64,000 nucleotides of DNA from a virus, in the IMG/VR virus record IMGVR_UViG_3300021437_000013, positions 1 to 64,000 of that record. The stretch is one strand, 5' to 3'. The notes beneath the pieces were generated by a model that did no database searches, was not told the DNA's origin, and worked only from the letters and a program-made list of their open reading frames with translations. This document shows, one piece after another, positions 43,521 to 52,986 of this stretch. Numbering within the stretch: position 1 is the stretch's first letter; every line of letters starts with the position of its first letter. The position numbers and the translations under genes were made by a program.

Positions 43521-46500
43521 ATGTCAAATCTATTTGTACTTCGTGCTAAAGGCTTAAATACGTCTCCTAATGAACTAAATAGAGAAGAAGGCTCTTTAAT
43601 AGAAGCTACAAACGTCACCATACGTCGTGACGGAGTCATAGAGCCTGTTCGTGGGTTCAGCCTGTGGGGTAGTAGCCTCCCCATCTCTAATCAGCGTATA
43701 AACCAATTAATAAGCTATAGAGGCCGTATATTCAGACAATACTCAAGTAAAATGAGTTATGATAACTCTGGTAATGGTGACTTTGTTGATTGTGTTGATT
43801 CTTTATCAGAAACACAAGATGGATTACGAGTTAAGTCTATTGAAGCTAATGGGAACCTTTATATTACCTCATCATCTGGTATCAAGAAGATATCAGCTAA
43901 AAGTACAGATGACTTTAAGACTACAGCTGGATTTATAACAAACTCTGGTGGTATTAAAGCCGCTGACTTCTCTCCTACTCTTCAAGTAACCCAAGGAGAT
44001 ACAACAAGTTTCTTTCTTGGTGATTCAACTATAGCTTACCGCATTGTATGGGGTACTAAAGATAAGAATAATAACTTAGTGCTTGGTTCACCATCTCAAA
44101 GGGAAGTAGTATATAATCCACTGTTAGGTATGATTTCAAATGACTTTGTTACATTACTTAATACTTTGGATAGCTTAAATAGTGCAACTCCGACTACAGC
44201 AATGATTAGGGATGCTAACTACCTATCTACTTTAAAAGTTACTTTATCTGATTCTGCGAATACTGTTCTTGCTAATATGATTGCATTATGTACTAAACTT
44301 GATAATGATATATTCTTAGCAAGTCAATCCTCATCACAACCGTTAGTAATATCTACAACTACAATTGCCTCTGGTCTTTGTACTATAAACTTTTCAACTG
44401 GTAACCCATCAACATATTTAAGTGTTGGTAAGAAGGTTAATTTAGCTGGGTTCAGTCCTACCACTGGAACTTTAAATGGTGTTCAAGCTTTAACGGCCGT
44501 AACATCAACCTCTATTACATTTGCTACAACTGCAACTGGTGCGGTTACTTTATCAACTGCACAAATTCACTATGCTCAATATCAATCAATTACACAACCT
44601 GCTACACCATCAATAATAGCTACTACACAAGAGCTCACTAATATTCAAACATATTTACAAGATATTTTAACTAAACTACAAAATGAACCATTAACTATTA
44701 TATCATCAACTGATGCAGTATTATTATCCAGTATAATTATAACATCGTCAGCTAAAGTAAAGCTTACTATTACTATCCCAGAGGAAGTAACAAGTAACTA
44801 TTTCTTTCAAGTTTATCGTTCATCTTTAACTACTTCACAAGGTGTATTCACATTAGACTCTTTAACTCCTGATGACGAGTTACAACTTGTTTATGAAGCT
44901 TACCCAACAAGTACAGAATTAGCTGCACATTCGGTTACTATAGTAGATGATACACCAGATGAATTTAGAGGTGCTAACTTATACACTAACGCATCAACTG
45001 GTGAAGGTATTTTACAAGCTAACGAACTACCACCATTCGCTAAAGATATTAATCGTTTTAAAGGTTCTATCTTCTATGCCAATACGAGAACAAGACATAG
45101 TATGTCGCCATCTCTATTAGGGGTAGTAAAGATGCGTACTGACTTTGAAGCTGGTAATATCCCATCAATAACCACTTCTGATAGTACCAACATATTTCAC
45201 ACTTATGACTTTGTTGAGGGTATTAAACAACAAGTAGCCATAACTTGTGTTGCCGATGTGTCTAATAGCTTAAATGGTAAATACTTCTTACTTGATACAT
45301 CAACAGTATCATTATGTGTTTACTTTGAAACTACCACAGCAACTGACCCAGCTATATCAGGAAGAACAAGCGTAAAAGTTAGTATTTCAACTGGCGATAG
45401 TGCGTCAACAGTTGCCACTAAACTTGCTAATAAACTATCTACAAGATTATTTGACTTTAATAACGTAGCAGTATCTACAGCTACAGTTACAACTACTGAC
45501 ATTAATTATGTTGAGGTTGTAGCATCTACAGCAGGTAATTCAGGCTTTAGTATATCTAATACACTTGGCCGCGGTGAAAAGATTGCTCGTAACGTGACAA
45601 GCATTACTTGCCCTGCCGCATCTGCATTTGTATCAACTGCAACAACTGCGGACTACTTCACATTAAACTCTACAGGTGATTATAATAATTACTATATTTG
45701 GTTTAAAGTTGGTTCTTCAATAAGTCCAGCATTAGCAAATAAACAAGGGATTATGATAACCCTTACTGGTGCTGAAACTAACGTACAAGTAGCAGCTGCA
45801 ATATTAGCGGCTATCCCATCAGACTTTACAGTAACGGCATTATCTAACGTATTAACTATTACTAATATCAGATATGGAAAGTGTACGGCCGCTACAGAAG
45901 TAGTTGCATCAAGTAGCTTTATCCTATCTACTACCGTAACAGGTGGTATAAATGTATTATTATCTGCTGAAATATCTCCGGCATTAGCAACTGACCAAAC
46001 TGCAAGAAGTTTAGTAAGGATTATCAATAAGAATGAAGATGATATCATATCCGCTTATTATATGTCATCCGCAACAGATGTTCCGGGTAAACTATTATTT
46101 CAAGATAGAAGTTTAACTGAAAATGCTTTTTATATCACAGCTAACAATACTAATACTGGTGGTAGCTTTAATCCTGACATATCCCCAACAGTTAATATTG
46201 CAAGCACTACCGCAGTTGGTGACAAAACATTAATCACTACTGCCACAGCTCACGGCCTTACAAGTACAGATAGTGTTATCATTGGGTATACTAACTCTGT
46301 ACCAGTTCTACATGGTATTTATGCCGTAGAATATAATAATGCCACAAGCTTTTATATAGCTCAAAAGACAATTACAAATGCTACATCAGGTGGTTATACT
46401 CCATTAAAAGATGCAGTAACTTCTGAGAATGAAGCTAAACCAAATAGAATCTATTATAGTAAGTATCAACAACCAGAGGCAGTACCTTTAACCAATTATT

Positions 46501-48158
46501 TCGATGTTGGGGCAGAAGGTAAAGAGATACTAAGAATATTCCCATTAAGAGATTCATTGTTCGTATTTAAACAAGATGGATTATATCGTATTTCTGGTGA
46601 GGTTATTCCGTTCAGCTTAACCTTATTCGATTCATCTTTAACATTACTTGCCCCAGACTCTTTAACGGTTCTTGATAACTTAATTTATTGTTGGACTGAT
46701 AGAGGGGTTCAAGCTGCATCTGAATCGGGTGTACAAGTTGTTTCAAGAGCAATCGACAATATAGTATTACCTCTTTCATCTGCTAATTATGCTAACTTTA
46801 AAACCGCTACATGGGCAGTAGGTTATAAATCAGATAACTCAGTTACAATGTGGACGGTGTTAGATAAAGCTGATACACATGCTCGTATCGGGTATAGATT
46901 CAATACTTTAACTGGTAGTTGGACTACAATCAATAAAGAAACTACTTGTGGCATAATTAATGAAGTAGATGACAAAATGTATCTTGGTTGTGGTGACGTA
47001 TCTTATATTGAAAAAGAAAGAAAGAGTTTTGACAGAACAGACTTTGCAGGTAGAGAATACACTGTACTATTATCAGCAGGTAAGTTTTTTGGCACTACAA
47101 TGAAACTTCCAGTAGTATCTAACTTATCAGTTGGGGATGCCTTAGTACAAGCTCAACTTGTATCTTTATTTGAATTTAATATGCTACTATCTAAACTTGA
47201 CTTAGATTCAGTCATTGCAGCTACAGACTTTAGAAGTACATTAGCTATAGTGGCAGGCGATAACATGCGTTCTAAACTTGAGTCTTTAGCATTAAAGCTT
47301 GATAATGATCCGAGTGTTCAGCAGGTTAATTACTATCCAAGTATAGCCGCTAAAACTGGAACAGTAACAAACATCACGGCCGGAACAAACTCAGTGATTA
47401 CAGCTACAGAACACGGACTAATCAGTGGTAGAAGAGTTAGGATAACATCATCTAATTCTACTCCGTCAATTGATGGTGATTATACTATCACGGTTATTGA
47501 TGCTAATACTTTCTCAATCCCATTCGTAGTAAATATTGCAGGTACATCAGCAAACTTTGCAACTATCATTCAAGACCAGATAGACGTTAAAACGTGTTAT
47601 AACAAGATTATAACCCTTTTAAATAACGATGGCGGCGTTGGGTATAATAACTATTCACAAGCTAATGGGATAACCACCCAAGAGGCTATTATCACTAAAA
47701 TCAATATAGTAACTAAAGAGGTTACTGTAAATAAAGCTATGGATTTCGTAGTAGGTGATATTGTAGCATTTAAGTCAATTCAAGCAAGTGTTACTTACTC
47801 CCCTAATACTTTCGGTGACCCTCTTAACTTTAAGCATATGAGACAGGCTACAGTAATGTTTGATTCAAGAGCCTTAACAAGTGCTACCTTATCATTTAGA
47901 AGCGATTTAAAGCCTGTTTTTAGCCCCGTAGAGGTGGCTTTAGATGGTAGTGGTACGTTTGGTAGTGATGCCTTTGGTGATAGCTTCTTTGGTGGTAGTT
48001 CTAACTCTGCACCGATAAGAACATTAATACCAAGAGATTGTATGCGTTGTAGATACTTAATAGTGAAATTTGCACACAATATAGCAAGAGAACACTTTGC
48101 GATGAATGGTATCACTTTAACTGCTAATATGCCGTTAGGTGAAAAGGCTTACAGGTAA
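43521..48158 (+). CDS. tail nozzle/stabilisation protein (tubular B or P22 gp10-like), enlarged
   Basis: GLNTSP...ATNV...G start, NRIYYSK...P, LFVFKQDGLYRISG propeller motifs, and inserted TxxHGLxxG beta-barrel repeats. Confidence 0.7.
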   Translation: MSNLFVLRAKGLNTSPNELNREEGSLIEATNVTIRRDGVIEPVRGFSLWGSSLPISNQRINQLISYRGRIFRQYSSKMSYDNSGNGDFVDCVDSLSETQDGLRVKSIEANGNLYITSSSGIKKISAKSTDDFKTTAGFITNSGGIKAADFSPTLQVTQGDTTSFFLGDSTIAYRIVWGTKDKNNNLVLGSPSQREVVYNPLLGMISNDFVTLLNTLDSLNSATPTTAMIRDANYLSTLKVTLSDSANTVLANMIALCTKLDNDIFLASQSSSQPLVISTTTIASGLCTINFSTGNPSTYLSVGKKVNLAGFSPTTGTLNGVQALTAVTSTSITFATTATGAVTLSTAQIHYAQYQSITQPATPSIIATTQELTNIQTYLQDILTKLQNEPLTIISSTDAVLLSSIIITSSAKVKLTITIPEEVTSNYFFQVYRSSLTTSQGVFTLDSLTPDDELQLVYEAYPTSTELAAHSVTIVDDTPDEFRGANLYTNASTGEGILQANELPPFAKDINRFKGSIFYANTRTRHSMSPSLLGVVKMRTDFEAGNIPSITTSDSTNIFHTYDFVEGIKQQVAITCVADVSNSLNGKYFLLDTSTVSLCVYFETTTATDPAISGRTSVKVSISTGDSASTVATKLANKLSTRLFDFNNVAVSTATVTTTDINYVEVVASTAGNSGFSISNTLGRGEKIARNVTSITCPAASAFVSTATTADYFTLNSTGDYNNYYIWFKVGSSISPALANKQGIMITLTGAETNVQVAAAILAAIPSDFTVTALSNVLTITNIRYGKCTAATEVVASSSFILSTTVTGGINVLLSAEISPALATDQTARSLVRIINKNEDDIISAYYMSSATDVPGKLLFQDRSLTENAFYITANNTNTGGSFNPDISPTVNIASTTAVGDKTLITTATAHGLTSTDSVIIGYTNSVPVLHGIYAVEYNNATSFYIAQKTITNATSGGYTPLKDAVTSENEAKPNRIYYSKYQQPEAVPLTNYFDVGAEGKEILRIFPLRDSLFVFKQDGLYRISGEVIPFSLTLFDSSLTLLAPDSLTVLDNLIYCWTDRGVQAASESGVQVVSRAIDNIVLPLSSANYANFKTATWAVGYKSDNSVTMWTVLDKADTHARIGYRFNTLTGSWTTINKETTCGIINEVDDKMYLGCGDVSYIEKERKSFDRTDFAGREYTVLLSAGKFFGTTMKLPVVSNLSVGDALVQAQLVSLFEFNMLLSKLDLDSVIAATDFRSTLAIVAGDNMRSKLESLALKLDNDPSVQQVNYYPSIAAKTGTVTNITAGTNSVITATEHGLISGRRVRITSSNSTPSIDGDYTITVIDANTFSIPFVVNIAGTSANFATIIQDQIDVKTCYNKIITLLNNDGGVGYNNYSQANGITTQEAIITKINIVTKEVTVNKAMDFVVGDIVAFKSIQASVTYSPNTFGDPLNFKHMRQATVMFDSRALTSATLSFRSDLKPVFSPVEVALDGSGTFGSDAFGDSFFGGSSNSAPIRTLIPRDCMRCRYLIVKFAHNIAREHFAMNGITLTANMPLGEKAYR

Positions 48159-48162
48159 TCAT

Positions 48163-48576
48163 ATGAAAATGCCATCATTTAAAAGGATATTCGATACTGA
48201 CTTTGATGAAACATATAAAGCTATGATTCAAACTCTGGCCGTGACAATTAATAACGGTTTTGAAGTTATTTATGAAGCGTTAAATAAGAAGATATCTATT
48301 AGTGAAAATATCCAATGTACGCTTAAAGATGTTACTTTTAAGGTTGATGCCTCTGGTAATCCAACTACAAGAGTAAGCTTTATCAGTGACATACCGAATA
48401 TGAGGGTAATTGGTACTCAGGTTATAAAAGTAGTAAATAACACAAATTCAAGTGTTTACCCGACTAGTGGAGTATTTATTAGCTTTACAGAGACTAACAA
48501 CGGCATTGAGATAAATAATGTAACAGGTTTAACTATAGGAAATACTTACACTTTACGCATTGTAGCATACCATTAA
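48163..48576 (+). CDS. putative tail-associated protein
   Basis: Follows the nozzle gene. Confidence 0.6.
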   Translation: MKMPSFKRIFDTDFDETYKAMIQTLAVTINNGFEVIYEALNKKISISENIQCTLKDVTFKVDASGNPTTRVSFISDIPNMRVIGTQVIKVVNNTNSSVYPTSGVFISFTETNNGIEINNVTGLTIGNTYTLRIVAYH

Positions 48577-48582
48577 CAACTA
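48574..48582 (+). promoter_or_regulatory. late promoter motif TAACAACTA
   Basis: Exact motif overlapping the upstream stop codon. Confidence 0.8.
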
Positions 48583-48610
48583 AAAGGGTAAACTTATATA
48601 AGGAATTAAT

Positions 48611-49960
48611 ATGGCCGCACAAACTGGTACAGGTTTTACAAATTTAAGTAAGATTTTAGGAGCCAATCAAGGTAATCAACTTGGTCAAACAGTTGCGTCA
48701 AATATCCAAAATGCAGGTCAACAAGTACAATCAGGTATTAACCAAGCTTCAAATCAATTCAAGACTGATGCAGATAAGAATAGATTAGATACTGCAGAAA
48801 ATAAGCAGTTTGTAACGGATACCGTTGGTGGGATAGTACAAGCTGACCCAAGTAATACAGCGGCACAAACAGCTACACCAGACCAATTATCAAGAATGTC
48901 AAAGATTATGGGCGGTACTTATCAAGGCCCTACAGACTTAAACAATACACAACAATTAAATGCTAGTGCACAAAATGCACAAGATTTAGGTAACCTATCT
49001 ACTTCGGGAAGTGGTAGACAAGAGTTATTAAGACGTACAGTTGGTAACACTGGTTATAATGCAGGTGCGAGAAAGGTAGATAGTGCTTTACTTGGTCAAT
49101 CTGGACAAGACTTATCAAGAGCAAGACAAACCACACAAGGATTAGTACAGAATGTAAATGATGCTTCACAACAAGCACAATTGACTGGTCAACAATATCA
49201 AGGTCAAGCTAAACAATTTGCAACTGATACAAAAGATACAATCAATAAGAATTTAGGTACTATGGATGAAAAGACTGCAGCAGATTTTAAAGCCGCACAA
49301 GATGCGGAAGCAGCAAGAACCGCAAAGATTGCGGCCATAAGTCAATTTGCTAACAATCAAAAACCAGTATTAAATCCAGATGGTTCTCAGAAATTAGATA
49401 TGAATGGTAATCCAGTAATGGAAGCTGTAACTAATAAAACAGGAGCCGATACATTAACGGATTTCCAAAAATTATTAGAGTCAAAAGGTGTTTTAAATGC
49501 CGACCAATTAAAAACTTTATTTGGTCAAGGTAACTTAAGCGAAGCTAATGCAGCAAGATTAGCAATTGTAAATCCAAATATAGCAAATCGAAACATAGCA
49601 ACGAGAAATTACATGCATGATATGGCAGAGGATAATTATGTTAGAAATATACTTTCACAGCCTTATAATACAACAATTAATAATGCAAATAATGCTTTTA
49701 CTAATGTTGGGGGCATTGCCGCACAAAAAGCATTACAAGGCGACTCTGCTATCTCTAGTTTGTATGCCAACTTAGCTAAACAATTACAAAACTCTACAGG
49801 TGCACAAAACCTTACACAACAAGGTGTTGCATCTCAAGACTTAAGAAATAAATATACAGCTTTACAACAATTATTAGGTAAACAAGGAACTGACTTAACT
49901 TACAATAATGCTCCAGTATATCAAGCTGGTCAATTAGGAATAGATACCAGTAAATTATAA
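48611..49960 (+). CDS. internal virion / DNA ejection protein candidate
   Basis: Q/N/A/G-rich and helical, located after the tail genes. Confidence 0.6.
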   Translation: MAAQTGTGFTNLSKILGANQGNQLGQTVASNIQNAGQQVQSGINQASNQFKTDADKNRLDTAENKQFVTDTVGGIVQADPSNTAAQTATPDQLSRMSKIMGGTYQGPTDLNNTQQLNASAQNAQDLGNLSTSGSGRQELLRRTVGNTGYNAGARKVDSALLGQSGQDLSRARQTTQGLVQNVNDASQQAQLTGQQYQGQAKQFATDTKDTINKNLGTMDEKTAADFKAAQDAEAARTAKIAAISQFANNQKPVLNPDGSQKLDMNGNPVMEAVTNKTGADTLTDFQKLLESKGVLNADQLKTLFGQGNLSEANAARLAIVNPNIANRNIATRNYMHDMAEDNYVRNILSQPYNTTINNANNAFTNVGGIAAQKALQGDSAISSLYANLAKQLQNSTGAQNLTQQGVASQDLRNKYTALQQLLGKQGTDLTYNNAPVYQAGQLGIDTSKL

Positions 49961-49966
49961 CAACTA
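49958..49966 (+). promoter_or_regulatory. late promoter motif TAACAACTA (leaderless start)
   Basis: Exact motif with a 5-nt gap to the ATG at 49972. Confidence 0.75.
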
Positions 49967-49971
49967 TAGAA

Positions 49972-50367
49972 ATGGAACTTAAAGAAGCAATAACCAAATT
50001 TTATAGTAGTGATAATGATTTAATAGAGAAGTTTCATATTATAGCTGGTAGTGGGTTAGAAGCTTGTGTAAATAGAACGGTAGATGATTTAGATAAGGTT
50101 GACATAACTTATATCTATGATAAAGAGGAACTAATAGGATACTTTGCAACAGATACACAGCCTTATATTACCTATTTAATAGGGTTTTTTATAATGCCGG
50201 AGTATCGGAAAGATAAGAAGTATTGGAATGAAATAATAGATACTTTGCCAGTTGGTACAATAAGTGGCCTTTATAATAAGAATATAAGAGCCCAGAAGTT
50301 TTACAGTAAGCAAGGTTATAAGATATTAAGTAAAACGGTAGATGGACGCATTTATCGAATTAAATAG
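49972..50367 (+). CDS. GNAT-family acetyltransferase-like protein
   Basis: LIGYF, FFIMPEYRK and NIRAQKFYSKQGY. Position resembles T7 gp13. Confidence 0.75.
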   Translation: MELKEAITKFYSSDNDLIEKFHIIAGSGLEACVNRTVDDLDKVDITYIYDKEELIGYFATDTQPYITYLIGFFIMPEYRKDKKYWNEIIDTLPVGTISGLYNKNIRAQKFYSKQGYKILSKTVDGRIYRIK

Positions 50368-50375
50368 GAGTAAGT

Positions 50376-51434
50376 ATGCCAATGATATCAGCCGCCGCTA
50401 TAGTAGCCGCCCCAGCAATAGGTGGGATAGTCGGTAACATTTTAGGTGCAAGCGATAGAGACGCAGCAAGAGCTAATATGGCTCAAGCTTTAAATGAAAT
50501 CATGTCAACAGGTACACCACCTGATATGGCTAAAGCTTTATTACTCGATAAATTCAAATCAGCAGGTGTGTTAACTCCAGCATTAGAAGCTGACTTAGGG
50601 GATGTATCATCTAATCTATCTCAATATAAAGAAGATGCCAATCTTAAAAATTCACAAATGGACGCCCTTAACGCTTTAGCACAACAAGCTAAAACGGGAT
50701 TATCAGCAACTGACCAAGTAGCTTTAAATCAGATTCGTAATAAAGCTATGACTGATGCAGAGGCTCAACGTCAATCGGTTATGCAACAAATGCAATCCCG
50801 TGGTATGGGGGGTTCAGGTGCAGAACTTATATCTCAATTATCAGCAGGACAAAATGCCTCTAATCAAGAAGCTAATCAAGGAATGTCAGTGGCTGCACAA
50901 GCTCAACAAGCAGCTTTAAATGCCCTTATGAACCGTGGACAATTAGCAGGTAATATGAGAGGTCAAGACCTTAATACTGCACAGGCTACAATGGGAGCCG
51001 CTGATGCTATGGCTAAATTTAATATGCAAAATAGTATGGGTAGACAAGCAGCAAACGTTGGTATTGCTAACCAAGCCCAAGCATCTAACTTAGCAAATGC
51101 ACAACAATTATCTAACATGAACGTAAATCAACAAAATGCAGAAGCACAAAGACAAGCTAATGCAGAACATCAAAAATGGGTTGATTCACTTAATCTTAAT
51201 ACCGCTAAAGCTAATGCCCTTAACGGTCAAGCTTCACAATTACAAAACCAAGCTAATGCCACTGGTGCTTTATGGAGCGGTGTTGGTAGTGCAGTTGGTG
51301 CAGGTGCTAATGCTTATAATAATTACTCACAGAATCAAGCAGCAAAGGCGGCATCAGCAGGTAGTTCGTATACTCCATCAGCATCACAAACTATGAGTGA
51401 CTACTGGAAGAATAATCCATATAGTAACAACTAA
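50376..51434 (+). CDS. internal virion / DNA ejection (pilot) protein
   Basis: Gly/Ala-rich termini, Q/A/N coiled coil and SRGMGGSG. Confidence 0.65.
   Translation: MPMISAAAIVAAPAIGGIVGNILGASDRDAARANMAQALNEIMSTGTPPDMAKALLLDKFKSAGVLTPALEADLGDVSSNLSQYKEDANLKNSQMDALNALAQQAKTGLSATDQVALNQIRNKAMTDAEAQRQSVMQQMQSRGMGGSGAELISQLSAGQNASNQEANQGMSVAAQAQQAALNALMNRGQLAGNMRGQDLNTAQATMGAADAMAKFNMQNSMGRQAANVGIANQAQASNLANAQQLSNMNVNQQNAEAQRQANAEHQKWVDSLNLNTAKANALNGQASQLQNQANATGALWSGVGSAVGAGANAYNNYSQNQAAKAASAGSSYTPSASQTMSDYWKNNPYSNN
51425..51433 (+). promoter_or_regulatory. late promoter motif TAACAACTA
   Basis: Exact motif overlapping the upstream AAC-AAC-TAA. Confidence 0.8.
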
Positions 51435-51449
51435 TAATTAAGGAATCAT

Positions 51450-52985
51450 ATGAATATACAAGAACTATTAGGATTGATTAAGAAACCACAAGACGATGAT
51501 AATATACCAAGTAGTATTGCTCGTCCAAGTGACGAAAATATGCTTGTATCTAATCCTGAGGCAGCTAAGAAGTTTATTCAGATGTATGGTGGAACTGTAG
51601 ATAAGAACGGTGTGGTAGTATCTCCTACACAACAAAACGTTACAGCATTACCAAATAAGAACGCAGACCTACCATCTTTCGCTGATGTTGAATCTCAAGC
51701 TAAAGAAGACATTGGTAATAACGTAGAAGACTTAAAGGATGTTTCAACAGAAGAGTCAGACAGTCAACCAGATGTTGAAAACATTAAATCACAATACCCA
51801 TCAATTGATTCATCAGAAGTATGGAACCGCAATAAAGATAAGACTTTAAACCCAGAAATGGAAACAGCTGATAAAGCCCCAGAACAATCAAGTCAACAAT
51901 CTTTAGTTGATGCTTACTTAAAAACTCAACAAGCACCATCACAAAACCCACAAGACTTATTAGCAATGCTAAAACAAGCTCAAGATATTGAGAATCAAAA
52001 ACAATTATCACATGGCCTATTACAAGCCTCTACTATGTTAGGTCAGGCGTTAACTCACCAAAAATTAGATACTTCTAATGTTGATAAAATTGGTACTGGT
52101 GAGAATCAAGTTACAGCGTTACAAAAACAAATTTCAATGGGCCAAGAGCAATCTAATATTGACATGGCTCAGAAACAACGTGACCCTAATAGTGCTATCT
52201 CTGTTCAAGGCAGAGAGCTATTAAAGAAGGTTGGTATTAATGTTCCTGATACTTTCTCAGCTGCAGATGCAGAGAAGTTAGGACTTAACTATTCTAACTT
52301 ATTAACTCAGAAAAATTCACAAGATTTAAAACGTGAAATGATGAATGAGACTTTAGGAAGTAAAGAAGCTATCGCAGAGTTAAGAGGTTCTTCTAAAGGT
52401 AATGATGCTCAAAATAAAGCTTATGAAAAGGCAGTTCAACAAGCGGAAGCTGTAAGAGGCGATAAAGCAGTTCAACAAGCTAAAGCAGATATGTATGCAA
52501 TTAAGAAAGTTAATTCATTAGTTAATCTAAACGGTGACCCTAATAATCTTGACCAACAACAAGTAGAATTACTTGCCTCGGAAATTGGTAAAATTGCAAC
52601 TGGTGGAGTTCCAACTATCCACGAACTTCAAACCCTTAACCCATCGTCTATTAGTAAATCTTTAAGAGAAGCAGCAACGGCCGTTTCAAATCAACCAACT
52701 CCAGCTAACCGTGGCGAGTTTGTTAATGCTATGAAAAAGTATGCAGATAGCATCAATCATGATGCACAATCTACTATCAAAGAAAAGTATCAAAGAGCAT
52801 TAAGTGCATTTGAATCTAAAATGGGTTCTGATAATGTAGCTAATTTTAAAAAAGCATACATGGGTGAGGATAATCCGGTACAAGCAATGTCACCGCAAGA
52901 TGCGCAAAAGATGACTAAGCCACAAACGGTTATACAGAACGGCCACACGTATACACTTAATCCATTGACGGGGGCTTACGAATAG
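51450..52985 (+). CDS. internal virion / DNA ejection protein candidate
   Basis: Helical and Q-rich, with C-terminal QNGHTY. Confidence 0.6.
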   Translation: MNIQELLGLIKKPQDDDNIPSSIARPSDENMLVSNPEAAKKFIQMYGGTVDKNGVVVSPTQQNVTALPNKNADLPSFADVESQAKEDIGNNVEDLKDVSTEESDSQPDVENIKSQYPSIDSSEVWNRNKDKTLNPEMETADKAPEQSSQQSLVDAYLKTQQAPSQNPQDLLAMLKQAQDIENQKQLSHGLLQASTMLGQALTHQKLDTSNVDKIGTGENQVTALQKQISMGQEQSNIDMAQKQRDPNSAISVQGRELLKKVGINVPDTFSAADAEKLGLNYSNLLTQKNSQDLKREMMNETLGSKEAIAELRGSSKGNDAQNKAYEKAVQQAEAVRGDKAVQQAKADMYAIKKVNSLVNLNGDPNNLDQQQVELLASEIGKIATGGVPTIHELQTLNPSSISKSLREAATAVSNQPTPANRGEFVNAMKKYADSINHDAQSTIKEKYQRALSAFESKMGSDNVANFKKAYMGEDNPVQAMSPQDAQKMTKPQTVIQNGHTYTLNPLTGAYE

Positions 52986-52986
52986 T

